64,000 nt of DNA. It comes from Leucoraja erinacea (Eukaryota). Location: assembly GCF_028641065.1 (NCBI RefSeq), contig NC_073389.1, positions 43,276,001 to 43,340,000 on the forward strand. Reading direction: 5' to 3'. Shown here in pieces: positions 1 through 13,164 of this stretch. Each line of letters starts with the position of its first letter. Positions within the stretch are counted from its first letter, which is position 1. Below the pieces are notes generated by a model, which saw nothing but the letters and a program-made list of their open reading frames with translations, was not told where the DNA came from and ran no database searches. The position numbers were made by a program, and so were the translations under genes.

Positions 1-69
1 TTTGGCATGCTTCATTGGTCTGGGCATTGAGTACATGAGTTTGGACATCTTGTTACAACTGTACAAGTC

Positions 70-412
70 TTTTTTTTTTTAAATAAATATTTTTACTAGA
101 AGCAGTGTACAGTAGTATAAACCATGTATAACATAATACATTTCGTGTACAACTTCTTGTTTTTAATTTACTAATAGAAAAGTGACAGAAGCAAAAAAGA
201 GAAGGAAAGAGAAAGTTGAGTAAAGTAGTGATATTGATAGTTCGTGAGAGAATAGATAGAAATAACCCGTAAAGATATAAAGAGAGAGAAAAAAAATCTG
301 AGAAAAAACAGAAAAAATAAATAAAAATAAAATAAAATAATAAGAAAACACAACAGAAAAAAATAAAAGGAAAAAGGATATACCTGCTTCATATCTTTCC
401 ACACACCTCACC
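70..412 (-). mobile_element. L1/Tx1-type 3' UTR fragment inserted at the end of a CR1 relic
   Basis: Poly(T) at the left end; 11-bp TSD CTGTACAAGTC at 59-69 / 413-423. Confidence 0.65.
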
Positions 413-1582
413 CTGTACAAGTCATTTTAACTAAAGAAACAACATTAGCCATCCTCCAGTCTTCTGCTACCTCACCAATGGAAAAAGAAATGGTGCAAAT
501 ATCTCTGCCTGGGCCCCTGTCATTTCATCCCTGCCTTTCCACAATGTCATAGGATACACTGATACCTCAGGGATTTATCCACCTTAATATGCCACAAGAT
601 CATCTGCACTCCCTCAGTCTGTAAATAGCTCGTTCTAAGCTCCCCCAGACACGTTTCAGTCAATAAGATACTGAGCCAAGCACTTGCACATCTAAACTTT
701 ATTTTGGAAAAACACAATAACAGTTCCCCACTACTACACCTAACCACTGTGGGTTCGATCCTTATATCTGCATGGCCAAGCCCTCCTAGCCTCGTGCAAG
801 CAGAGACACTCCAAAAGGTCACGCAGTCCCAAGCGTTCTCCCAGAAGATCGACACAGGACCTTGAGGGAGCTACATTTTAAAGGTCCCCGAACCTTGAGG
901 GGCCGAACCATATGGAGGTGGTCTCTTTACAGTCCAATAACAGATATCGACCAACATAGTACATGATAGACATTTCCCTAACCCAATATTACAGTAAACA
1001 ATACATTGTGTTCAAACTGAGCTTCTGGAAGGAAGCAAACATGGCAACATTTGCCCAGATATTCAAGAAACCCAGACAAGGCTCAACACTTAACCCAATC
1101 AACATCTAGCAAAGTAAAGCTTTGCAACAATATTTCAATGTGTATGTCTGGTTTGCATTTACCCAATCTGTTTCATGCAATTTACACCTAATTGTAAGCA
1201 TCTGCAGATGTCCCATTCTTTCCCTGCAACTCTCATCTAGGCTCCAGACAAGCTGGCACCTTTCTGCAAGCTTGCCCCATTTCTGCAGAAGGCACATTTA
1301 AATTGACCAAATTGCCTTAAATTGACCAAAGCAGTCCTGAAGCCTTTACTCAATTTTAGTGTCCTGGCATCTCCAATTTGACCAGAATGAACAAGTCCTA
1401 ATGTACTTCAAAATGTTGCTGAGTAAATGCAGGGACAGAAGATATCATGATTTAAAGTCTCATCAAAGGAAATAACAGCAGACCGAGTGAACTGTAATTA
1501 ACTATCTCCTTGTCACTAATGTGTAATATCAATCCACAAACATCTGAAGCAGAGATATGAATGAAGGCTGAAGGAATTAATG

Positions 1583-1813
1583 TTTTCCCTGTGACCATGT
1601 GGGATTCTTCAGAGTGCTCTGGTTTTCTCCCACATCCCATCAAACACGCAGATTGGTCTCTCTAAATTGGCCCAAGTGTGTAGGGAGCTGATGTGGACGT
1701 GGGATAACAAAATGTAGTGTCATCGGTGATCAATGGTCGGCACGGACTGGATGGGCTGAAGGGCCTATTTACATGGTGTATCTCTAAACTAAAGTAAACT
1801 AAACTAAACTAAA
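1583..1813 (+). mobile_element. HE1-like V-SINE, 5' truncated
   Basis: GGTTTTCTCCCACATCCC core; GGGCTGAAGGGCCT; (TAAAC)n tail. Confidence 0.75.
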
Positions 1814-3182
1814 CATGGCAAGAGCAAGGTTCTTGAATTATTTCAGCTTCATTGTCATACAAGGGGAAAATGTATCTTACATTGCTCCATGAAAATACAG
1901 TTTCACAAGCCTGAATGAGAAATAGTTCAAATAGACCACCATTAATCACTGGTAGGTTTCCTATATGTGGAGAGAAATGAAGAGAAATACAAGTAGGAAA
2001 ATCAAAAAGCTGCAGTTGCTATCCTTCGAAGCTAAATTGTTTTGCTCTCGCCTAGTTCGGCTAAAAGATTTCCACCTGAAGCTTTACTCAGTTTTCCCTT
2101 CCACAGATGCTGCCGAACCTGCTGGACATCTCCAGCATTTTCTGTTTTTTTATTATGAGAGAGGAAAATATTCAGTTTCAAATTTGAAATCCAACAAAAA
2201 AAGTAATGAAATTTGAATGGTAGATTATAATTTGGGGTCCGTTTTCCAGAAATGGTTACTTTAACTCGCGTAATTCTGAGCATTTGCTGCTTCTTATGTG
2301 TTGTCAGTGAGGAGACAAGTTGCTGTATATACAGATAAATAGATTCCCCTGCCCCACCCAGTGGAAACAAATGACAGAAGAATTTGTGTTATTAGCAAAC
2401 TGATTGAATATTAAAATGTTGCAGACATAAACGAAACAGACACTTAATTTACTCCTGATCATTTAACACAGCCATCAGTCATGTCTTACATGACCTCAAA
2501 TATGGCTTTGAAAATAAATGGAGAAGCCCATGCTCATTTGTACACCATTTGTTCCTATTGCTCTGCAGACCATATGTTCACATGTCACCAGACCTTTTGT
2601 TTTATATAAAGTATGCAACAAAGCAACATAAAAAGCAGCAAGGGAAAGTTAAACAAAGTAGGGACAGAATGTCAGGCCCAAGTACTTGTTGGCCTGCTTC
2701 ATTCTATTACTTTTGGCTGAAAATCTGCAGCGTTTGAATCAGAGATTTAGCGCCCACATCTGCAGAAATCCGTCAGATATTGCATAGCTAAATGAGGTCT
2801 GTAGGTACATGTGAATGATGAAAGTGAAATGGATGGTGTATCTATTCTGGCCCCAAGTAAACTAATTGCAAAAAACCCCAGTATTATTATCGATGTCAGT
2901 GATCTACAGAACAAAATAGTTGGTGGCCACTAGTTCCTATTTGGTCAGGACAGTCTTGACCTATATAATAGGTACAGTGCCATCTTATGCTGCAGGATAA
3001 CATTTATCCCACAGTTCTACAAGTCTCAATAAGAACATCCTTCCAGTAGTTACTGAGAGATGTGTTAGCACAGGGAGCAGAGTGCTGATACAATGATAGG
3101 CCAAAGGCACCATATTTTATAAATAACTGTTTGGAAGAGTTTGGGTGGGATAAAATGGATTCAGAGATTTAGTGGAGTGAGA

Positions 3183-3352
3183 GCTTCTTCTTCTTGTTGA
3201 GACCATACACAAGATTAGAAGTTGTTCAGCCAGAGTTGAACACACTTCTCGGCATCTGCATACAATGGCGTCTGTCTTATTGCTTCTTGTGCTTCTTGCG
3301 TGTGATGGTGGAAAGATTGGTGGAAACAGGGCAATGCTCTTTCCTTGACCCC
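3183..3352 (-). mobile_element. Ribozyme-headed short retroelement, family A (L3/P3 deleted copy)
   Basis: Reverse complement GGGGTCAAGGAAAGAGCATT-GCCCTGTTTCCACCAATCTTTCC...(AAG)n, collinear with the 24114 copy; TSD GGAGTGAGA at 3174-3182 / 3356-3364. Confidence 0.8.
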
Positions 3353-4149
3353 AGCGGAGTGAGATTGCACTTGATGAGATACTGACACATTGTGGGAAAG
3401 TGGACATGAGAGGATGGAAAGTAAACGGTCCAAGGAACGAGAGGAGAGTGGGTTAGGATTGGGTGGGATATTTGAGGTTGCAGGGAGAGAGGGTAGAGTG
3501 AAATCCCTGGCTGGGATTGCAATCAAGCAGAGGGAACCATTCTTGAGTGAATGAGGAACTAGCATTTTACAAAATGCAAAGGAGAGCCTGTGGAGGCATT
3601 CTTGCTATCTGCTCTGAGCCTGTTTGGATACCGTGCAGACTGTCCCCAGATTACATTAGTGTGCTGTTCCTGAGTACTGTCCATAAGAACATTTCTCTGT
3701 CGGTTGGAAATGTTCATTTTCTATACCTTAACCATTTTGTATTGCTCTTCATACACTAGCTACAATTCTTTCATTTCATTGAATTATTACCCTGATGTTA
3801 CCTATAAGTAAATTAATGGAATGTAAAATAACTGTGCCCAGACATTAATGTATACCATGAAACATTTTACTTTTCTTATTGCTAGGTCATGTTAGGTCCT
3901 TCATTGCTATTTTCATGTTAGGTCTTTCAAAACACAGCTAGCTCCTATACAAAAGAAAGCATTAAGATGATCACCCATCTGTATTTAGGAATATACTCCA
4001 AACCGAATACATTACCAGTCACATGCTGAATTGAAACAAGACGTGATTTCAGCAGGGAAGCAGGGGTTCAGAGTTGGCAGTGGGGGGGAGCAGAAACAGT
4101 AATAGTGTAGAGTCATCAGGTTCCATCAGACATCCTGCATCAATCCAAG

Positions 4150-4354
4150 TGTGTAGAAAGGAACGGCAGGTGTTGGTTCACACTGAAGTTCGGCACAAAA
4201 TGCTAGAGTAACTCAGCAGGGTAGGCAGAATCTCTGGAAAAAAGGAATAGGTGATGTTTCAGGTCAAGACCCTTCTTCAGTCTAAAAAAGGTCTCGACCC
4301 AAAACATCACCTATTCCTTTTCCTGACCCGCTGAGTTACTCCAGCATTTTGTGT
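4150..4354. mobile_element. Penelope-type (pLTR-derived) fold-back element with hammerhead-like cores
   Basis: Inverted arms; minus-strand CUGAAGA-AGGGUCUUGACCU-GAAAC-AUC at 4251-4280; 15-bp TSD CTGC(A/G)TCAATCCAAG at 4135-4149 / 4355-4369. Confidence 0.75.
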
Positions 4355-4477
4355 CTGCGTCAATCCAAGCCCACTTTCCATTTGAATGAGTGCCCCATGT
4401 GCTCTGATTATGGTCTGCATTTGCAGGACAGTAAATTTTTGTATCTAGTGGTATCAGAAATTACACTGCGTTACAAC

Positions 4478-5053
4478 CATTAGGGGCTCTAACCATCGTG
4501 GAGCTGGCCGGCCGGAGCGTGGAGAGCTGTGGTGCCGCGCGGCTGTGACTCAGCTTCGGAGCTTTGGAGGCTCCAGCCGCAGGCCCGATGGACGGTGACA
4601 CCGGGAGCTCGCGGGTCCCTGGTGGGAGACCGCTTTTCGGAGCTCCCGCCACGGCAAATTCTCCCGCCCGAATTGCAGGGTTGAAAATGACTTGGAGTGG
4701 GGCCTTACATCGCCCGGCATGGCTTTAACGGCCACGGGACTTGCCATCGCCCGCCGGAGGCTCCAACATCAAGACCCGGAGCAGGGCCTTACATCGCCCG
4801 GCACGGCCTTAACGGCCGCAGAACTTGCCATCGCCCGTCAGGGGCTTTAACATCGGAGAAGAATGGAAAACTGGGGAGAGACAATGACTTTGCCTTCCAT
4901 CACAGTGAGGAGGAGATTCGCTGTGATGGATGTCTGTGTAAATTGTGTTAATTATGTGTCGGTTTTATTTTCTTGTTGTATGACTGCAGAAACCAAATTT
5001 CGTTTGAACTTTATTTGAGGTTCAAATGATTATAAATGGTATTGTATTGTATT
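4478..5053 (+). mobile_element. GC-rich non-autonomous retroelement with an internal 85-bp tandem duplication
   Basis: GGGCCTTACATCGCCCGGCA... occurs twice (4699, 4784); 3' part homologous to the 43625 element; (ATTGT)n tail. Confidence 0.65.
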
Positions 5054-7977
5054 ATAGAATAATCCCATTGACCCACCAACATTTTTCCATGCAATCGAAT
5101 TCCCCACATTTCCATCAACTCTATCCCCTTCCCACCTGCTCCAGATTCTACCCTCATCAGCTCTACTAGCTGCACCACCCGTGCCACTTAAAGACTGCAT
5201 TGAGGACTAAAGTCATGCAAATTATCATAAAAACAGATGATGACATTCATAAAGAAAAGATACAAATTAACTCAATTTGATTATGGACAAGAAGTATTTT
5301 AATAAGCTATTGAATTTTTCAAGTAGACCAATCACGCAAACTGAAGAAGGGTCCCGACCCAAAGCACTGCTCATCCATGTCCTCCAGAGATGCTGCCTGA
5401 TCCATTGAGTTACTCAAGCAATTTGTGTTCGAGGGAAGACTACAGCATCTGCAGTTCCATGTGTTGCCAAGCCAACAAATGGATTTTGGTTTACCACTAA
5501 TTTAAATGTTAATAATTGTTAATTACTGAAATAAACATTTAAAGTTATTAATTTACTAATATTACCAATTACTTTAACCGTTCTATATATTTTCTGATTA
5601 CTATAACTGATTTGGCACCCACTGATTTAATTTAAGTACAATATGACTGCAAACTGGGAAAATAAACTGAGAATGAAGAGACAATTTAATAATAATCCAT
5701 GATCTGTCATGTCCTTTTGATGCTGAATTTGTTGTTACCAGTTTATGTGCTTGACTTCGCTCAGTCAAAGACAATGAGAAGGTTTTGAGCCATGTCTTTA
5801 TGCTTCTTTCTTCATCATCACTGAAAAGAAATAAGCCAACCATTCCCTAAGTCTATCTGTTGCTTACCCTAATGACACCCAGCCAAGGTTCAAGAGTTCA
5901 GGGTTCAGATCTCTGTCTCTGTATTTTTAGTTGAGGTTCGACACATGGCAGCCTGGCTGGATAGGTTACCTACCAATACATTCTGTTAGTGCATGGAAAT
6001 TTGTACTGTGCGTTCTCAGCTTGGTTTCGTCTGGAATTTAAGGTAGAATGCTGTTGCAACTTAATTTGCTGCAAATTGCACAGTGTATATTTGAATTCCA
6101 TGGATTCACCTATACTAACTGAAATTATAAGATGCTCACTATGCTCTGAATCAATTATACAGTACGATTCCTTTCAATTTGATGTTCTCATGAATCTTGA
6201 GGAATTTTTTGCCTTGTGATTGTTACTCACTAACTGTAAAGTGCTTAAACCTATTTGTCAGTCCAGCATAGAGATATTGTTACAAATGATCCATAAGAAA
6301 ATAATTTTAAAAACACTTTCAACTAGCTCGAGAATGTGAGAAATCTGAGATTCTACTTAGCAATTGTTTATTTAAATTTCAGGTCATTATTCCTAAGAAT
6401 AAAGTTCTATTTTATCCATTTAATAATTCTCTGTGAAGTTAGCCAAATAGGATTATCTGAATGTCACCAGTGATCTGTTTATGCCAGATATGTATGTCAT
6501 TGACTTTGACCAAATTAGTAATACAACATATATATATAGAATAATCATGTGTCTTAGGAATCTGATTATTGCTAACTTACTTCAAACTAGTAAATGCAGT
6601 AACCTTCTATAATTAAACTATATTTAATTAGAAAGTATAGCTTTATCTTTCACTTTGCAATGATAAAATAAATATTTAGAGACGTGAACACCACAACAAA
6701 AGCTTAAGAAAATGATTCATAAAACAAAAAAATTAAACAGCCGTGTCTCTGGTCTTTTTTCAGTAAACTCATGATTATTGGGCATAATTAATGTGTCAGT
6801 TATTCCACTGTCTTTGTGTGATTATATCAGTAAATTTCATGGCAGTTTGTCGTAAAACCCGGTGACTGACAGGGTACTGGGTACTTTGCCTTGCAGAATT
6901 TTGCTATATCAAGGAAGAAAATTACATTACATGAGAGTTAGACTGGCTGCAGTAGAGCTGTACTTGGAATAAAGCCGTGCAAATGTGATATTGTCAGATT
7001 TTCATTGCAGGCATTAAAAACCTTTTATACCATATATACTTCTAATTCTATGTTTATAAAATAAAATCTTTTCTACATCTTCACCAATTGCATTCAAAAG
7101 ATCTTCACAGTAATTTATATCTTCATCGGAAACTGGGCATTGATATAGGGGTGGATAACATATAGCATGTAAGAGGAAGAACTGGCATGTCCTATTACGC
7201 TTGCCTGATCATTTTGACCCTCAGTCTACAAGCATGAGTATCCTTCCTTCAGTACTTGGGAGTAAGTTCTGGTCACTCAGGCAGCATTAACTTTGAAAAA
7301 ATGACCCGTCTGCACCCAGACAAAAACAGAATCTCCCTTTTCTGTGTCGCCAACACCCACTTTATTCTCCTCGATTCAAGACTCCCCACGTAGATAGAAT
7401 TGTTTGACCAGCTCCGCTTTGCACAACTTAATTAACCAAAGAGAAAGTGTCAGTTTCTGCCAAATTGACAACAACAAAACTGCAGGGAGAAGAGCCATGC
7501 TGCATTAACCAGAAATCCAGCACTATTCACAAAGAGACAGGAATTCACTATGGTATAGAAATCCGCTAAATAGATCCAAGAGTTTGATTTGACACAGTGT
7601 GGTGCAAGTCATGTTTTCTTTCACAACCAGTGACAGTGCACCTTAAAGTACTACCTTTTTACCCCAATTTCAACTACAATATAGTAGTTTGCACGAATGT
7701 GGAATTAACAGATATTTATACATCTTAAGAAAATTTGATTTTGTCCCTTTCTTTGAAGTATCGTAAAGAGGAAGGAGGTGTCTGAACAATCAGTGGAAAT
7801 TCTACTGTGACTAATGTCTACATTCTTCACCACCCACCCCCAGCTTAGCCAACAGGTGACAATGTTCCATAGAGTAAGATGGATGAGGTGTCACTTCTTG
7901 CCCCAGGCAGGATGCTACATTCAGCTTCAAATTCCTGGGCCTTAAGATCTCATATGAATTATCCTGCGCCCAGCGCA

Positions 7978-8290
7978 TAGAGGTAATCATGAAGAAGGCG
8001 CAGTAGCGCCTCTACTTTCTTAAAGGTTTAAAGCGATTGGGCATGTTACTGAATACTCTAAGAAGGTCCTACAGATGCCCAGTAGAGTGTATCGTGACTG
8101 GTTGCGTCATGGCCTGGTACAGTAATTCCAATGGACAGGAAAGCTAGAGGTTGACGGAGAGTGATCGACTCAGCCTGGTCAATCATGACACAGCCCTCCC
8201 CACCGCCAAAAGCACCTACATAAGCCACTGCCTCAAGGAGGCAACATCTAACATCAAGTATCCATCCCCACTATCTGAGCCATGGTCTCA
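7978..8290 (+). mobile_element. Degenerate Rex1-type LINE fragment
   Basis: KKAQ*RLYFLKGLKR...TGCVMAWYSNS...HCLKEA traces. Confidence 0.65.
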
Positions 8291-8313
8291 CACAAAGATC
8301 TTACTTCTCCTTA

Positions 8314-8539
8314 TGCCCCTGTCCCGCTTAGGAAACCTGAACGGAAACCTTTGGAGACTTTGCGCCCCACCCAAGGTTTCTGTGCGGTTCCTGGAGGTTT
8401 TTGTCATTCTCCCTACCTGCTTCCACTACCTGCAATCTCCGGCAACCACCTGCAACCTCCGGGGACCCCACGGAAACCTTGGGTGGGGCGCAAAGTCTCC
8501 AGAGGTTTACGTTCAGGTTTCCTAAGTGGGACTGGGGCA
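8314..8539. mobile_element. PIF/Harbinger-type MITE
   Basis: TIRs of about 75 bp (TGCCCCTGTCCCGCTTAGGAAACC... / ...GGTTTCCTAAGTGGGACTGGGGCA) flanked by TTA at 8311-8313 and 8540-8542. Confidence 0.85.
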
Positions 8540-8830
8540 TTAGGCTTCATCATCTTCTCTACAACCTGATAATTAACAGAAAACCTCAGATGGAAATAAA
8601 ACGGCCGTTCTATCAATCAATCAATAAAATGGTGTCTCGGTACATTGGTGAAAGGACGGAGATAAATCTGTGCAATGTTTTTAAAGCAGAAAAACTGGCT
8701 TTCTTCTTGGGTACTACTGAATTGAGAAAGACTTGATTCCACTGTAGCACCATGTGATCTCAGGTGATTGGCAAGAAGTGTAGGGTCTGCAGCCTTTGTT
8801 GCAATTGAGATAGATAAAGCTTGATGAAGT

Positions 8831-9013
8831 CTTTAAGAAGGAACAGCAGATGCTGGAAAATCGAAGGTAAACAAAAATGCTGGAGAAACTCAGCGGGTGC
8901 AGCAGCATCTATGGAGCGAAGGAAATAGGCAACGTTTCGACCCGAAACGTTGCCTATTTCCTTCGCTCCATAGATGCTGCTGCACCCGCTGAGTTTCTCC
9001 AGCGTTTTTGTGT
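8831..9013. mobile_element. Penelope-type fold-back element, near-perfect hairpin
   Basis: 69-bp arms 8871-8939 / 8943-9011 with one mismatch; perfect 14-bp TSD AAGCTTGATGAAGT at 8817-8830 / 9014-9027. Confidence 0.85.
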
Positions 9014-9744
9014 AAGCTTGATGAAGTAGTGAGTGGATTGACAGCATTATCAGATGTTCCTTTTGCACTTGATCTCCATGTATTTCCATCAGAAAGAATT
9101 AAAGTGCTCAGTAGCTCCCTAGATTGTTAGCTGTTGGTTTGGTCTTTACAGGGCCTCACAAGGATTAAAGAATATGTTACATTGTTATGGAGGATTTGAG
9201 GACATCGTTGAAGCATTTTCTCTTTCCTCAGTAGAGGACTTGCTTAGAGAGACCGGTGTCAGAGATGTGGATAATGTGGTTCACCATTCAAAGCTGGTTA
9301 AGAATGATCAGAGCTTTTAGTTACTGGGGTTGGTGACCCGGAAACACCCGGATATTTGTTAACCTAACCCATTGGTGAATTTAGATGATTTTACGAAGGG
9401 AACTTTAGCAGTACTTCTCCAGTGTTTGGCCAAGCCTAAAGTCTGCCTCTCGTGTCTCTGATGCAGGTTCTGCCACAGTCCTGCTTGGGATTATCAGTCC
9501 ACCTGCCCCTTCAAGAAAAATATTGAACATGCCTGCTGACTGTGTGGAAAATAAATTGGAAATAGAGAGAGAGTAAATAAGAAAAATAAAATTTTTATGA
9601 AGTTAAATGTTCATAAATATTGTTAGCTAAACAATAAAACATATACTAAAATGCTCTTAGAAACTTTAAATGCAAATCTCGGAGTTACCCTGAAACAGTA
9701 TTTACTTTGCTTGAAAATAATTTCACTTCTCTCTGAACTCTCTG

Positions 9745-10040
9745 GGGCAGTAGAGTTGCTGCCTTACAGCACTTGCAGCGCCGGAGACCCAGGTTCGATT
9801 CTGACTACTGGTGCTGTCTATACGGAGTTAGTACGTTCTCCCCATGACCACGTGGGATTTCTCCTAGAACTTCGGTTTCCTCCCACACTCCAAAGACGTA
9901 CAGGTATGTAAGTTAATTAGCTTAGTGTATGTGTAAATTGTCCCTAGTGTGTGTAGGATATTGTTAATGTGCAGGGATCTCTGGTCGGCAAGGACTCGGT
10001 GGGCCAAAACGCCTGTTTTCGTTATGTGTCTCTAAAAATA
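9745..10040 (+). mobile_element. HE1-like tRNA-derived V-SINE
   Basis: B box GGTTCGATTC, V-core GGTTTCCTCCCACACTCCAAAGACGT, CR1-derived tail GGTGGGCC...GCCTGTTT. Confidence 0.85.
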
Positions 10041-10294
10041 AAATTAATAAAAAACTATGAATTCCCTATGAACTTTCTGTAATCAACCTGATTGTCACAT
10101 GTTAAGAATCTGCTATCTCTCACATGCTGGCTTTTTTCTGCACTGTTTCACTCTTTCTCTCTTCAGTAATGTATAGCCAGATACTAGGTTTTACTTTGCA
10201 GCAGATTATTAGGAAATAATACAAATATATAAGACGCAGATGCATAATATTACAGCTATGCCTTCATAACTCAGTTTCTTCATTCTATCCAAAT

Positions 10295-10710
10295 AGTTTA
10301 TTGTCATGTGTAACGAGGTGCAATGAATATCTCTTTACTGCGTGTTATTCAGTCAGCAGAAAGACAATACTTGATTACAATCAAGTCGCCCTGAATATAC
10401 TGATGCAGGATAAAGGGAATAAGATAGTCCGAGGGTCTCCAATGATGTAGATCTGGAGCTCTGGACTGCTCCATAGTTTGGTAATAGGATGGTTCAATAG
10501 CCTGATAACCACTGAGGAAAGAAACTGTCCCTGAATCCAGAGGTGCGCATTTTCACACTTCCGTACCTCTTGCCTGATGGGAGAGAGGAGAAGAGGGAGT
10601 GTCCTTGATTACAGTGGTGGACTTGCCAAGGCAGCATGAAGAGTAAATGGAGTCAATGGAAGGGGGATTGGTTTGCGTTATGAAGTAGGCTGCATCTACA
10701 ATCCTCACTA
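10295..10710 (-). mobile_element. Degenerate Rex1-type LINE 3' fragment
   Basis: ITQTNPPSIDSIYSSCCLGK; 3' end GTTTATTGTCATGTG shared with other copies. Confidence 0.7.
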
Positions 10711-11084
10711 AACGGAAAATACCTATCAAAACCGCCAATGTGCTCAGCTACAAATCTTGAGGATATCACAAGAGGAAAGCCTATTACCTTCGAATAGTCT
10801 GCTAAATTCCAATTTTCCGAACGATGATGTAAACTTAGGAATACTCAGCTAGTCAGGTTACGTGAGAGAGAGACAGGGATAGAAAGTACTCATTCAAGGT
10901 ACTCATGAGCATATTGAAGAGGAACCTTTGGTTCAATGTAAGTGCAGTAAGCATTGCATCCTTATACATTGCAAAATAATTCTTAGCTGATCCCTAATCA
11001 ATCATTATTTGAGTGGCCTATTCTGTAGTACTCAGTAACATCCTGTGCTGTGTTCCATAAACCCATGACCATTTAGTTAGGATG

Positions 11085-11278
11085 TGGCTGCAGATGCTGG
11101 TTGACAAAAAAAAAACACAGCTAGGCAGATATTTAAATAAGTCAGCAGGTCAGGGGGCATCTCTGGAGAACATGGGTAGGTGACGTTTCGGGCCTGAAGA
11201 ATGGTCATGACTTGAAAAATCACCGATCCATGCTCTCCAAAGATGCGGCCTGACTTGCTGAATTACTCCAAACTTTGT
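11085..11278. mobile_element. Penelope-type fold-back element (degenerate)
   Basis: Family motifs GCAGATGCTGG...GCATCTCTGGAGAA...GACGTTTCGG plus an inverted arm; TGACCATTTA direct repeats on the flanks. Confidence 0.65.
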
Positions 11279-11599
11279 GACCATTTATTTATGGTTAGGT
11301 ACTCCTGCACTGATACTTAATTAAAAAAGAATCAGGCAATAGACGTTTCTAATCTTTTTAATTTCTAATTTGCACCACATTCCCATGTTACTTTTCCTAA
11401 TTGTCGACCAGGAAGTACACAACTGCCTACCAGCATCTTAGTTTAGTTTATTGTCACGTGTACCGAGGTACTGTGAAAAGCTTTTGTTGCGTCCTTACCA
11501 GTCAGCGCAACTTTGCACAAACCTAGAGTTCCTTGTCTTAAGCCTACTTGCATGGTGATTATCTGCTGGAGTTACAACTGTCACTCAGAAAAACCTTAG

Positions 11600-13020
11600 A
11601 GAAAATTCTCAAATTGTACCATTTGGAACCTTGTCAAGTGCCTTAGTTCATATACAATACATCTACCACACTGCCACCATCAACTTTTAGTTATCTTCTC
11701 AAAAAACTCAATCAATTTAATGTCAGGATTTCTCCCAGAGAAAGCTGTGCTGACTAAACCTGATTGGCCCCTATCTTTCCAAATGTCCATAAATCCTATC
11801 CCTTAAGATTTCCTACCACATAAGATTCACCTGGTTTACCCCAACTGACCCTTCTTAAATAAAGGACCAAAATGAACTAACCATCAGTCTTCTGGCACCT
11901 CACCTGGAGCTAATGGGAATGCAAACATCTCAATCAGAATCCCAGATATTTCTTTCCTTGCTCCTCGTGGTAAACTAGGATAGATCACCTCTGGTACTGG
12001 GAATGTATCAACATTTTGTGATCCATGACATCTAACATCCCTTCCTTCTTTATACTGACCCGCCAGATTATCCACAAACCCCTTCCTGAACTCACTATCT
12101 CCTTGTTCTTCTGCTTGTGAATACAGATGAGAAATATTCACTTTGGACCTCACAGTATTCCCTAGGTTACACATGGATTACCCCCTTCATTCCCTGATGG
12201 GACCCACACATTCCCTGGTCACCCTCTTGCTCCTAATATATGTACAGAATGTCTTCGGTTTCTCCTTATTCTTACTTGCCAATGATTCATGGGCCCTTTT
12301 TGCCCTCCAAACATTTTATATTTTACAATAATTATTTCAATCTAGTTGCCTATACCTGCCAAGCGTTTTCTTTTTTCTTCCTGATCAAACCTTCAAAATC
12401 CTTTGTCATCTGAGGCTCCTGAATCTTGCCATCTTTGTCTTTCCCCCTTTTGTGATATGCTGGACATGCTGGCCCTGAGGCGTTATTAACTTTCTTTCAA
12501 AGGACTCTCATTTATGAGATGTTGTTTTGCCTTCACACATTTGCCTACAGTTTATTTTTGCCTGACACAATTGAAATCAGTCTTCCCCCAAATCAAAACC
12601 TTAATTAGAGAACCATTCATTACCTTCTCCATAACTGCCTTGAACCTTCAGTATTATGGCTACTGTTTCCAAAGTGTGTCCCTTCTGACACTTCCACCAC
12701 TTGCTCAGTTCTTGCTGAACATGATGACAGGTTAAACTAATCTCCTCTGTCTGCACGTGATCCATACCCCTCCATTCCCAGCATATTGTTGTGCCTGTCT
12801 AAAAGCCTCTAAATTGCCAGTATCATAACTGCCTCCACCACCACCCTTTGCAGTGTTTTCCACTCTTTGTATAAACCTTGCCCTGCACATCTCCTTTAAA
12901 TTTTGTCCCTCTTACTCTAAAGCTGTGTCCTCTCGTCTCTAGTCTTTGGCATTTCCACCCTAGGAAATAGATTCCGACTGTCTACCTATCTATCTAACTA
13001 ACTGTGTCTCTCATAATTTC
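11600..13020 (-). mobile_element. Old, internally deleted CR1 fragments
   Basis: Degenerate ORF2 traces (PVPEVIYPSLPRGARKEI...LAPGEVPED) and a CR1 3' end at about 12735-13020. Confidence 0.6.
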
Positions 13021-13164
13021 CAATGGTCTGGAAATTCTATTAATCTGTTTGTTAGTTGTTGCCTGACAAAGATCAAAAGTGATTTATTATGGTTTGGTGA
13101 CTGATTGATCTTTGCTCTTCAATCAAGAAAATTATTCATTAGGAAATCACATTCTTTGATCACA

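Noticed and set aside
163-420. Hydrophobic Phe-rich ORFs resembling membrane proteins
   Set aside because: Translation of a T-rich LINE 3' UTR.
9400-9595. Strong-looking minus-strand splice acceptor (long polypyrimidine tract ...TTTTCCACACAG near 9540)
   Set aside because: All three downstream frames stop within about 35 codons and the sequence runs into an RTE-like relic; at most a non-coding exon, unsupported without RNA data.
9745-9815. tRNA-like A/B boxes here and at 27615 and about 63500
   Set aside because: Heads of V-SINEs with no complete cloverleaf; not tRNA genes.
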